Below are positions 53,604 to 64,000 of a stretch of 64,000 nt of DNA, piece by piece. Position 1 is the stretch's first letter. Each line of letters starts with the position of its first letter. The stretch is from Antedon mediterranea (lineage: Eukaryota > Animalia > Echinodermata), in contig NC_092677.1 of assembly GCF_964355755.1 (NCBI RefSeq), positions 23,919,175 to 23,983,174 on the forward strand, in the 5' to 3' direction. The notes beneath the pieces were generated by a model. That model was given only the letters and a program-made list of their open reading frames with translations. It did no database searches and was not told where the DNA came from. Both the position numbers and the translations under genes were made by a program.

Positions 53604-54161
53604 GTAAGAACAATTTGCAATACCGCCGGCCAATGACCAGTTAAATGCGTGGCAGACCAGTTAAATAGTCAAATAACAAGTCCGCTTGGCGAGTTAAAAT
53701 TTTAGTAAACTCTAATGAAATATCAATAATCTTACACAATTCACCTTGTCATGATTTCTTTACAAAATATACACCTGGACTTATGTAAACAGGATTGATT
53801 TTCTGTACTATTTTTGTTTTTAAAAAAAAGACGTAATAATATGCTTTAAGCCTATTATTATGTCTTTTTTTACATGATTTTTATATAGCATAGCTAACAA
53901 TTTGTTATATTTTTCACCGCTCCCTTTGGCAGTTATAATAAAGAGAACGGAAGCATTAGGAAACAGTTACCATGCGGTAGCTTATACTAGTTTACTACGG
54001 CGGGAAAAATTAGTATTTGGACTGGGTACACGTACACCCCAAAACACGTCTGGGAAAAAAGACTATGAAAACGTTTGCTGATAAGTATTGAGATGCATGT
54101 AGGTGGTAGTTATAGTGAGATAAGCGGCATTTTTGTAAGACATATTTCTTGTTTAATTTAG

Positions 54162-54270
54162 GTATTGGCTCACGTAAAAGGAACTCTTCAGGTAGTCCAG
54201 ACCATCTATCATCAATTTCCAGAGAGAAGTGGTTTCTTCCATTTGAATTCAAGTGTATAGGTACATTGAG
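54162..54270 (+). CDS. TRAF7: TRAF7-like exon 6 (entry to WD40 region)
   Basis: tttag|GT; ends PFEFKCIGTLR (TRAF7 has FKCKGTFVGH); donor AG|gtaat; phases 1 to 2. Confidence 0.85.
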
Positions 54271-54739
54271 GTAATATTATCATACGATATTCCATATTTT
54301 GTGTATATGATTCATATTGGTCCTTGAAAACCTGGAAAATCATTTTCAGCATCATATATTGTTTTACTATCATTTTATAAGGTCTTTTCACAAAGAGTTG
54401 TGGCAATATCACACTTAACAAGTCAGCGTTATTGCCGGTCTAAACCCATTTTCATAGATGGTAATATTGCAGCAATTTTACAATTTATTTACAATTTTAA
54501 TGTTTTTTTAAATTTGGCCACAAATCCTTGTACACAGGAAAAATGCCAAAATGAACTTTTCAAAATTCAATCAATAAAAATAAATTCTGGACTTTTTAAA
54601 ATTGAATTATTATGCAATAATAATAAATTCTTGTTCTGTATTTTAAAAGTTTTTTTTTTCATACGCATCCAAGCCAATTACAGGATGGATAAACTATTTT
54701 ATAATTATTATGCTTTTAAGTCTTATTTGGGCTTGGGGA

Positions 54740-54845
54740 GTGGAGTTAAAAGAGTCGTGAGTTACAACCCTGGCACTAGGTCAGGAATGAACCTTGGGCC
54801 ATTGGATTGAAAAGCAAACTTGTTAACCACCAAGCTACAGCTCCA
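54740..54845 (-). mobile_element. Degenerate tRNA-derived SINE head
   Basis: The minus strand reads ggagctgtagcttggtggttaac..ggttcattcc, with A-box-like and B-box-like motifs. Confidence 0.4.
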
Positions 54846-54877
54846 CTACTTTTGCAATCCCCTAATATTGGCCCAAG

Positions 54878-56034
54878 GGCTTGTGGCGCAGTGTGTTGGA
54901 CGTTTGACTACTGATCGTGAGATCGAGGTTCGAATCCAACTCTTGCCGCATTGCTTGTATCCTTAGGCAAGATACGTTACTTACGTTTGCCTCTCTCCAC
55001 CCAGGTGTATAAATGGGAACCCGGTTAGATCAAGACACAACTTTGCGCTGATTACTAGCTGCATTATGGGAGTATGTTTCCATACGTGTTTGATCCAAAA
55101 AATGACTGGGGTAATAATGTTCAGCGCATTGAAGATGTTCGCAATTGGATGACAACAAATTACCTAAAGTTGAATGATGGAAAGACAGAGTTTATTATCG
55201 TCGGGTCTAAATGTAACATCTCCAAAATCAACATCACACATATCAGAATCGGAAACTCTAACATCGCTCCCTCATCGGTGGTCCGGAATCTGGGAATCAT
55301 GCTGGATAGTAATCTCACTATGGAAGCACAAATAACAACTGTATCCAAAGCAGCATGCATATCGATTAGGAACCTTGGTCGTATTCGCGGTAATCTTAAC
55401 AAGAAAACAGCTGAATTGATTGTACACTCATTTGTCACTTCTAAAATTGACATTGGTAATGCCTTGTTGTTTGGCATACCAAAATCTCAAATACAACATT
55501 TGCAGCGCTTGCAAAATATGGCAGCTAGAATTGTAACTTATACAAAATCAAACGCTCACATAACTCCTGTCCTGATGGATTTGCATTGGTTGCCTGTTCA
55601 ACAACGTATTAAGTACAAACTTGCGTTATTTGTATTCAAGATCCTAAATGACAGTGCTCCTGCTTATTTATCTGACCTTGTGGATCGTTACGAATCATCC
55701 CGCAGAGGCCTACGATCATTGTCACAAAACCTTCTTCAAGAGCGTAGAGCGAAAAATCAGTGGGGTCAGAGATCTTTTTACGTTGCGGCCGCAAGTGTAT
55801 GGAACAGCTTACCAGCAACAGTTAAATGCTCAACTAGTCTAAACAGTTTCAAGACCAACCTAAAGATGTCGCTATTCGCTGATGTTCTCGCACGTTGTTA
55901 ATGCACAAAGCGCCATGAGCGCCACATGGGTGGAGGATACCGGCGCTATATAAGTTTTCATTTATTATTATTATTATTATTGAGAGCTTGCGTATATGTG
56001 CTATATAAGAATGAACTATTATTATTATTATTAT
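54878..56034 (+). mobile_element. tRNA-derived Meta-type SINE (54878-55132 plus tail 55984-56034) interrupted by an L2
   Basis: A box TGGCGCAGTGTG, B box GGTTCGAATCC, core cctctctccacccaggtgtataaatggg. The tail rejoins as gcgcATTGAgagcttg..ctatataagaatgaac(tat)n. Confidence 0.8.
55133..55978 (+). mobile_element. 5'-truncated L2 LINE with intact ORF2 C-terminus and (TTA)n tail
   Basis: WMTTNYLKLNDGKTEF..VRNLGIMLDS.LTM..LHWLPVQQRIKYKL..WNSLP..FKTNLK, stop at 55901, L2-type 3' stem-loop and tail, and ATTGA duplicated at 55128-55132 and 55979-55983. Confidence 0.92.
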
Positions 56035-56070
56035 GAATGGACACTTTAACTGTAAGACCTTTTTTTATAG

Positions 56071-56212
56071 AGGACATGCTGGTAGCGTTCATTGTCTAGC
56101 AGTTAAGAGTAGAAACCTGTACAGTAGTGGTGATGACAACGTCATTAAAGTATGGAACATAGATCAGTTGAGTAAAGGCTGTGCAAAAACACTAAAAGGA
56201 CACAAGGGAAAG
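56071..56212 (+). CDS. TRAF7: TRAF7-like exon 7 (WD40)
   Basis: tatag|A; GHAGSVHCLAVKSRNLYSSGDDNVIKVWN..KTLKGHKGK; donor AAG|gtaac. Confidence 0.9.
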
Positions 56213-56748
56213 GTAACTAAACTTGTAATTATGTGTTTACCTAGACTTTCCATAAGTCTGTATTTGATTTGTATTTTACCCTGAATAAATTGTTACATCT
56301 TGTAACAATTTGTACAGTACAGTTTCGTTCCTCCCACTGATGCCAGTCGCATCCAAGAGGCAGTCTTCTTTAGCATCCAAATATATGCTGGGTCCGACTG
56401 TTGAAGGGCTTCCTTGACTGGGTTAGCTTCTTAGCTTGACTAGGATCGCACTCAAAGAAGATTGCTTGATTTAATCTAGGGGTCACGATATTATGGTTTT
56501 CGGGCTTGTGCAAAGAGCATTCGTTTTGTTAATGAGGTATTTGGTGCTCGGGAGATATGGGCTATGGACTTTAGGTAGTGAACCCATAGTCTTTAGTGGA
56601 GTTGCACCGACGATATTTTCAACATCTTTATTTGAGAACAGGAGACTGAAAATTCCATCTTCCATAGATTGCTCTTGGTGCCCGGTAACCTTCGCTTCTT
56701 TACATTTACAGGCCTGCAACGATTTATTACATGTTTCCATACACGTAT

Positions 56749-57128
56749 AACGTAAATCTTCTAATAGTAACCCACACTCTAATAGTAACCCCCTTCTAAT
56801 AGTAACCCACCTATATAAGTCAATCTAATAATCTATAATCTATAATACTACTCTAATAGTCACCCATGGGGATTACTATTAGAGTCACAAAACTTATGAT
56901 GCAGCCGTATTTTGAAAATAAGGAGATAATGCATGTTGATCTCGGGAGTGGGGCAGTGTTTTTGAGTATATTATTATTTTCAGGTGCCTAATTTAAGATT
57001 AGTAATAGTAACGCCATTACTCTAACAGTAACCCCCCTTCTAATAGTAACCCCCCTTCTAATAGTAACCCACCCTAAAAAACAATCAAAGAATAATAACA
57101 CAGGGTTACAATTAGAAGATTTATGGTA
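56749..57128. mobile_element. Tc1/mariner-type MITE with internal CTAATAGTAACCC repeats
   Basis: cgtaaatcttctaatagtaaccc..gggttacaattagaagatttatgg|ta termini. Confidence 0.7.
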
Positions 57129-57754
57129 TGCGAACCCTGATAAATCTGGAAGAGAAAACGTAGTTGCGTGCTATTTGCTTATTATGATTGGTCAATTAAA
57201 TACCAGGGCAAAATACATGCACGCGCACAGTATCAACTCTGAACATTTTAAAACAAAAACAGGCCTCTTATCGGTGTGTTTTTCACACAAAATTGTACAA
57301 ACATGTTGTTACATTTTGCAGATGTTTCAATTTTTGTCTGGTAAAATATAGACTTTTGTAAAACATGTACAGAATCAATTTGCAGACTGCAAGCATCAGA
57401 ATGATGTAGGTTAAAATACCATATTTGGCTTTATGAACCCATTTGAACAAAATTCAGGAAATACTCTCTTCCCATACTGCCTTGTTCCATTAAAAAGCCT
57501 GTTTAAAATTAAGAAAACCACTTCACTTTACAGGAATGATTTTTCATTTTGAAAAAAAGGTAAACATGTTTACAAATTTTAAGCTTTACATGAAATAATT
57601 AGTTGTAAGTTTTTACTTAATAAAATTGTTTATAATATAATATATATAATAAAATTACTCCAATATTTAGAGTAAAGTCATGATTCAAAGTTTCGATCTT
57701 TATTGAATTACAGTATCATCAGGTATTATTATTTATATTATTTTCTCTTTTTAG

Positions 57755-57865
57755 GTGACGGTATTGATAGATGGAGGGGATTTTCTTTTCAGTGCGAGCA
57801 TAGATAAAAGCATTAGAAAATGGTCTTACGATGAACAGGCTATGGTAGAAAAATTAGCAAGAAAG
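57755..57865 (+). CDS. TRAF7: TRAF7-like exon 8 (WD40)
   Basis: ttttag|GTG; VTVLIDGGDFLFSASIDKSIRKWS; donor AAG|gtagag. An alternative in-frame donor after 57844 is possible. Confidence 0.82.
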
Positions 57866-57988
57866 GTAGAGCTACATAACTTGCTTATCAATATTGGTCA
57901 TTATTTTGTACGACAGGCCTTGTCTTTTGAGGCGTGGGAATACAATCACTCACCTAACGCAATCCTAAATTCCATTGAGGTGTGCCAC

Positions 57989-58560
57989 TTAAAGGCCAGG
58001 TGCGGGCAAAAAATTTCTATTGATCATACATTCCAATAATTATCGATCTATAGTTTCTCCTATGTTTCATAATTTTTGAGATTTTATTTGTGTTACACGA
58101 GCTTGTTGAAAATAAGCACTTTCTTATCAGTGGGGGGATAGTTCAAATTACACAGTAAAATCTCTATTCTTTTGTACACAAATTTTGTAAATAGAGAGGC
58201 ATTTTAAAAAGCTATGAAAAATAAACGGTGTGGTAAAAAATGATATCAGATGATAAAATATATGTAATATAACTTGAATTTTACATTTCTGGTATTTTTA
58301 CTTCAGACTTTTATTTTCATGCTATAGCAAAAATTATCCACCGTATATCCACCATCTTTTTTCACCTTCTAGGGAGTCACCAGACATGTTATTACATTAG
58401 GTTAAACTACCTAACTACTGAAAAAAAGTCTCTGGTTTTTATGGCCAAATTTTGTATTTGACCATATTAAGGGAAATTCATGTTTTTTCGTCTTGATTTC
58501 TGTTACAAATACATGAACCAGATATTATATTTAAAATTCATGCCTGTACCTGAGATTTAA
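57989..58560. mobile_element. Degenerate TTAA-flanked (Kolobok-like) non-autonomous element
   Basis: Left end ttaaaggccaggtgcgggca versus the reverse complement of the right end ttaaatctcaggtacaggca. Confidence 0.45.
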
Positions 58561-59172
58561 ATTTGGTAAACGTCTGTACACCAAGATACAAACAGCACAC
58601 CTGAATGTGTGTGGAAGTGTGTTTCAATTTCAAAAGGCAATTCTTGTGAATGTGGTAACAATCCTTTTATCATGCTTATGGTGGATAGTTTGTAGGGCTC
58701 TTACAGTAACTCTGAATGCTTCTCAATTGTCAAGAATCTTTATAATCCGTTTATTTTATTAAATCTGTTCAGAATATATTTTTCAGTATATATTCCCTAT
58801 AAAAGTATATTTATTTATTTATTTATTTTTATTTATTCAATTTTCTGCCATATACAATACAAAGAAGACAAAGCAATTATAAAAGGGGGCAAGGAACGAC
58901 CAAACAGGTGCTAAACACCTATGCTAGTTAGTCAACCCAGAACATAGAAAGCACAGAAAGAAAGAGATAAATCCATAAATAATATTACGGTCTACAATTA
59001 AAGCATCTACAAGAAAGCGACCAACTACACACATTTTCAATATCAAAATTATATTATTATATGTATTATTTGTGTAATTTTTATGTAATACAGTATATTG
59101 ATTTTATTTTACTTTATAACATATCTTAGTGTATCCATTTGTTTGTTGATTTTATAAATAACAATTTTTTAG

Positions 59173-59250
59173 GACGCCCACTCAGAAGAAATTACAGCAT
59201 TAGCCATAACAGCAAAGTATGTGTTTTCATCTTCCTATGCAGAAATTAAG
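59173..59250 (+). CDS. TRAF7: TRAF7-like exon 9 (WD40)
   Basis: ttttag|GAC; DAHSEEITALAITAKYVFSSSYAEIK; donor AAG|gtaaa. Confidence 0.88.
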
Positions 59251-59413
59251 GTAAAATAACATATTTATTAAATTGTAGTTGCACAACCTTATGCAATGAC
59301 AAGCAATATAAGCATGATAAATAACACAACTTCTTTACTGATTGAATTTTGCATCAGAGCAGTTAGGTAACACCAATGAACGCTCACTGGTTAAGCCCAA
59401 TGGCCTCAGACTA

Positions 59414-59564
59414 AAGCTTGGTTGCCACTACCGACGCAATGCATGGACGTAACGCAACGTAAGTAATTTGACCAATCACAAGCGATGGATTATTCGAACA
59501 ATGGCTTGTCATTGGTCAACTCGCTTGTGTTGCGCGTGTTGCGTCTCTAGTGGGAACCACGCTT
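59414..59564. mobile_element. Palindromic MITE family C (TIR AAGCKTGGTTCCCACTAG)
   Basis: aagcttggttgccacta..tagtgggaaccacgctt. Confidence 0.8.
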
Positions 59565-59847
59565 TAAGGGGGCCTCAGATTCCGAATACATTGAAGTAAA
59601 AATAGGTTCAGGTTGCCTTTTGTTTTTTCACAATTTGAGAAATGTTGACTAACATGTGAACATCAGAAATAGAAATTTATGGTATTTACAATAAATCTGG
59701 ACTTTAAACAGGCATTAAAATATGAAAAAAAATGCTAAAAACGCTTCCCTTAGATTGCCAAAACGTCTTCTGCTTTATGCCACTGCATCACCAACATCAT
59801 CAACTCATACATAATTTGTAACAAAAATTCTCTTTTTATTTTGAAAG

Positions 59848-59934
59848 ATTTGGAGTCATGAGAAATTAGAAGCTGTTAAAACCCTATCTGGTCTTCATCA
59901 TTGGGTTAGAGCATTAACTTTGGATGATAGTAAG
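59848..59934 (+). CDS. TRAF7: TRAF7-like exon 10 (WD40)
   Basis: aaag|ATT; IWSHEKLEAVKTLSGLHHWVRAL matches the TRAF7 signature LTGLNHWVRAL; donor AAG|gtttgt. Confidence 0.9.
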
Positions 59935-61121
59935 GTTTGTATAATGTGTAAATTATCAGGATAAGGAAAACACTCGTCAACAACAAATCGTTTTCATCAA
60001 TGGTGCCACCTATGGCGACATCCTGAAGAGGATTAGTTTAGGAACTCGGAATTAAAAGACTTAGTTTTATCCGGATGTTTACTACCGACATGTATACGCC
60101 CCTTTCGTAGGTAAATTATGGTTTTTTAAAAGCACTAAAACTACATGTGCAGTATGTTAGAGTTAATGGTTGATGGCTTTATACATTGCAGCTCTTGGTG
60201 AGAAAAGCATAGAAAAATTATGTTGTCTGGACAGATAGATTTATGGTTTATTGTGTATGACTCTTGATAGAACTATTAAGCTAAAAATCTATGATACAAA
60301 AAATGTTGTCACTGAACATTAAAAACATACAAAATAAAGTTTATATTCCTGCAATGTTGAGTTTCAATTTATGCTCAGAGTGTGGTTTAACAAATACTGA
60401 TTGTGACGGGATTTGAACCCATGCCTTTGGATTGAGTGCCACAACTTCAATAAGACTAAAAACTTCAGTGGTAGCATGATATTTGTTTTTTGCACCGCGC
60501 CTTTAGGCAGTTATTTTCAATAGGATGGAAGCATTAGGAATCTGTATCACAGGGAAGCTTATGTTTACTACAGCTGAAAAAATTGGTATTTGGAAACTTG
60601 AACTGGGCATGCGCAAACCCCAAATTAGTTTGGGAGAAGAGATTCTATAAGATGTATGCAGACAGTAGTCTGTGTAAGACTTGTTCAATATACAATGTTT
60701 GGTCAAAACAATCCTTCCTCTACGGTAAATATGTTTGGTGAATGGTGTGTATAGATGAAGATTATTTGTGAGTATGTTTGTTGGCGGCTGGGAAGTTAGA
60801 ATTTTTGTTTACTGGAATGTTGGGGTATGTGAGTCACTATGGCCTTAGAGAGTAACGCCTATACCCTGGAATATGTACAGTGAACATTATTCACGTTATT
60901 ACTGTAGTTTAGTGTAGGACTTGATTGTTCCGTTCAGACTATATTTACGTTGCACAAAATGTTTACTAGTGTACTGATTGTTAAACAAAAATAATTGATT
61001 GATCATTATTTCTTAATTATGAAATAGAATATCAATTAAAAAAAAGCATTTAATGAAGAAAGAACGGTAATTAAAACGGTTGAGTGACATTTTTTGAAAG
61101 AAATGTTTCTTGTTTTTATAG

Positions 61122-61257
61122 GAAATGCTGTACAGTGGGTCTCACAATGCTATACACGTCTGGAGTTCAGATGGCGATTTTAACCTGAAGAGAAAATTGG
61201 AGCATACTTATGGTTCCGTCTATTCCATGGCAATAACTGATCTTTACTTAATTATTG
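61122..61257 (+). CDS. TRAF7: TRAF7-like exon 11 (WD40)
   Basis: tatag|GAA; LYSGSHNAIHVW..GSVYSMAITDLYLIIG (TRAF7 has LYSGSYQTIKIW..GSVYSIAVT); donor G|gtaag, phase 1. Confidence 0.9.
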
Positions 61258-62063
61258 GTAAGCAATACATACTTCATGATGTCATAAAACTAAACAAACT
61301 AAATAAAACATATACAGTATTATACTGTGTGCAATGATAGAACGCTGACAAATAATGTGAAATAATGATTTAAAGATGTATTGTCCCCGCCCCCAAACAA
61401 TTTATTAGTAAAATTGTTTGTTGTTAAATATGCTATTTTAATATCACATAATAGTTATTCATTCTGACCTAAAATCAGTGAAAAAAAAAAATTTTACTGA
61501 AAAAACTGTAATTTAAACAAAAATAGTCACATTTGTGTTAGCCAATGGGTTTTTTATTTGATAATCATTTTGGCTATTAACAAAAATTGGGTAAGTTTTA
61601 TACTAGTTATTTAAACTTATAGTCAGTGCATCTATCATTGCTTTATGTTTATACTGAAAGAATGAGATTAAATAAGATTTAAGATTGAATGTCACACTTC
61701 CCTTGTTTAAGTATTGTTAAAAATTGGCTTCCAAAAAAACCCCTGCATATAGGATGTCTTTCTGAAAATTTCGAGGTTGCACATTTGAAAACTAACCTGT
61801 AATGTGCACTGTCTATCTATTTACTCGGCTGAATTCAGAGCGCTGGAGATCTTTTTTTAGTTCTTGCCTTCGATATTCACATGGATGTGTATAAAACAAC
61901 AAATTTTGCATTTTTTAATTGATAGAATATTTTTATTAGTTAAGTAGACCTCTTGATGTATTCTAAATATTCCACTCCTAAATATTCATTGTATTTTGAT
62001 AGGAACAATTATACTTAAAACTTTTAATGATCACTTGAATATGAAATGCTCTCTTTTTCTTAG

Positions 62064-62212
62064 GTACATACAATCAGAATATACAATTATATGATGTTAT
62101 TACTCACAAACATCTTAGTGACTTGACAGCCCATATTGGTACAATTACAGACCTTCATCTCTCTCCTTGCAATATGTTTCTAGTGTCAACATCATTTGAT
62201 TCCGTTGTCAAG
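62064..62212 (+). CDS. TRAF7: TRAF7-like exon 12A (WD40, mutually exclusive with 12B)
   Basis: cttag|GT; GTYNQNIQLYDVITHKHLSDLTAHIGTITDLHLSPCNMFLVSTSFDSVVK; donor AAG|gtaac; 149 nt, phases 1 to 0. Confidence 0.85.
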
Positions 62213-62332
62213 GTAACAACAAACAATGATAACACGGACTCTTACTTTTCATCATGGCTTTCACGTTGCATGCCTTTCTTTCACCTCCCACACCATTTGT
62301 ATGACTCTATATATGTCGGTTTTATTTTGTAG

Positions 62333-62481
62333 GTACTTATAATCGAAATTTGCAAATTTTTGATCTGGTGTCCCACCAGCATGTGAAGTCACTTCGGGGA
62401 CATGTTGGTATTGTCACTGATTTAGGCTTGTCCCCAGCCAAACAATTTCTACTTTCTGGGTCATATGACTGTACAATTCAG
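62333..62481 (+). CDS. TRAF7: TRAF7-like exon 12B (WD40, mutually exclusive with 12A); the gene continues past the window
   Basis: tgtag|GT; GTYNRNLQIFDLVSHQHVKSLRGHVGIVTDLGLSPAKQFLLSGSYDCTIQ; donor CAG|gtaca; 149 nt, phases 1 to 0. No terminal WD40 exon seen before 64000. Confidence 0.87.
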
Positions 62482-62573
62482 GTACAGTATATGAAAAGCA
62501 ATAACAATCACCTTAATATGCACTATACTACTGCATTACTAATAATACGGTGGCTGGACCATGATTCCCACTA

Positions 62574-63095
62574 AAGCGTGGTTCCCACTAGCGACGCAAC
62601 ACAAGGATGTAACGCAACGCAAGTGAATTGACCAATCACAATCGATGACTTATTCGCTTGTGATTGCTAACTGTCTATAACTTCGCTTGTCATTGGTTAA
62701 AACGCTTGCGTTGCGTTTACGTCCTTGCGTTACATTCTAGTGGGAACCAAGCTTAAGATGCAATGCAAGGCTGTAAACGCAACACAAGCAAGTTGACCAA
62801 TCACAATTTACAGACCATATTACTTGCTTGTGATGTTGGTGCGTTGAAAAGCCTTTAGCGTATGTCACCCATCCCATGTCATTTACAAGTTGTCTTTTCT
62901 GTTGACTGACGTTTGGAGGATATAAGAGACAATTGTGAATGTAAATATATTGGCGTAGGTGGAGTGTGGAACTAGTTGTAGAAAAAAGAATAAAATTATA
63001 AATGTGAAAAAACTTCGCTTGTGATTGGTCAAATTACTCGTGTTGCGCTTACAAGTAACATCCTTGTGTTGCATCCTAATGGGAACCAAGCCTTA
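62574..63095. mobile_element. MITE family C: full copy 62574-62754 plus a second, split copy to about 63095
   Basis: aagcgtggttcccactag..ctagtgggaaccaagctt, with further arms at about 62757-62845 and 63013-63095. Confidence 0.8.
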
Positions 63096-63441
63096 ATCCA
63101 AGGCATAACAATACAATATAATTCAGCAAGTTGAATGGATTAGCAGCTGACCAATTCATTGCAGAGGCGCTGTACACATCGTAAATCTATGTATACAGTA
63201 TGGCCAGAACTTATTATTTATGCTACAAATACTACTGCAACGTGTATTGCAACTGCTACCAACACATGTACTAGTGCTGTTTCCATAACTGTTTCTGCAG
63301 AGTAGTTTTATAATACTACTTCTGCTGCAGCAACACAACTATTCACTGCCACTATCACTGCACTTTAGCCACCGCTACTGTCACATACATTAATACTGTA
63401 ATGTCACTGATAATTCTGCAAGTAATGCTACTGCAACTTTT

Positions 63442-63520
63442 AATAATAATAATAATAATAATAATAAGATTTATACAGCGCACATATCACTAAAGTGCTC
63501 AAGACGCTTGTGAAAAACCA
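63442..63520 (-). mobile_element. L2/SINE 3' tail fragment
   Basis: (AAT)n followed by atttatacagcgc..ctcaagacgctt, the reverse complement of an L2-type tail. Confidence 0.5.
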
Positions 63521-64000
63521 TGAAAACATATAAACCTTAAACCTAAATACAATTGATAAATTTGACAAAAACCGAAAAAAATAAACAAGATCAATCTTTT
63601 ACTGTATTATTGCTGTCATTTTCGCAACTAATGCCTAGTCCTACTTTCTCTGCTACAGTTACATTGATAATTGCATTGTAGCAACTAATTCCTGCTCCTC
63701 ATCATGCTTCACATGCTAGCTGAAACCAATTATATTGTTATTGCTGCTACAGTCACATGGCATTATGTATATACATGTGGGATGCCACAATGAAAGCACT
63801 ACTTCTTCAATCATGTAATATTAAGCAACTACAACTAAACACAGGAAAGACTGGGTTGGATGGGACTTATTAAAACAAATGGAAATCAAATCTAACTTGC
63901 AAGTCTTCCTTTCTTTGATGATAGTAAAATACATTTTAAATAATTTACAGAAACAAACAAACTTAATACATTTTACTAATACACAAACACTGTAAATGAA

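Noticed and set aside
54878-54950. tRNA gene
   Set aside because: It is a SINE head, followed by the SINE core also seen at 53277.
55074-55901. 275-aa host gene
   Set aside because: It is an L2 ORF2 C-terminal fragment lacking the catalytic RT core, with an ATG borrowed from the SINE.
60480-60870. Possible old LINE RT fragment on the minus strand
   Set aside because: Only vague motif resemblance with many stops; not supportable.
62064-62481. Exons 12A and 12B as consecutive constitutive WD40 repeats
   Set aside because: 12A ends in phase 0 and 12B starts in phase 1, so joining them shifts the frame; both align to the same TRAF7 segment.
63156-63780. Thr/Ala-rich mucin-like exon
   Set aside because: Decayed (ACT/GCT)n low-complexity sequence with stops, interrupted by a retroposon tail.

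Overview
AT-rich eukaryotic DNA from an invertebrate animal, probably a non-vertebrate deuterostome such as an echinoderm (inferred from FoxQ1, Deu-domain and Meta-type SINEs, and L2/CR1 LINEs). Bases 1-38,200 contain no convincing coding exons and look like a repeat-strewn regulatory desert. An intronless FoxQ1 gene follows (38429-39496, +), with an N-terminal CtBP motif and a C-terminal eh1 motif. After a dead CR1-type LINE comes a multi-exon TRAF7-like gene (RING, TRAF zinc fingers, coiled coil, WD40; from 46572, +, running off the right edge); I rebuilt its exons by hand with consistent GT-AG phases. Main findings: (1) two tandem 149-nt WD40 exons that must be mutually exclusive, separated by an AG-free 120-nt intron with a probable distant branch point; (2) TAGGCCTA and TACAGTA/TACTGTA motifs, abundant left of about 48.6 kb for TAGGCCTA, which appear to be insertions at TA sites (removing them restores the LINE reading frame), consistent with heavy transposon-footprint mutagenesis; (3) a roughly 440-bp inverted duplication bracketing TRAF7 exon 2; (4) an L2 LINE nested in a SINE tail, creating a chimeric ORF. 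All counts are by eye and no database searches were run.
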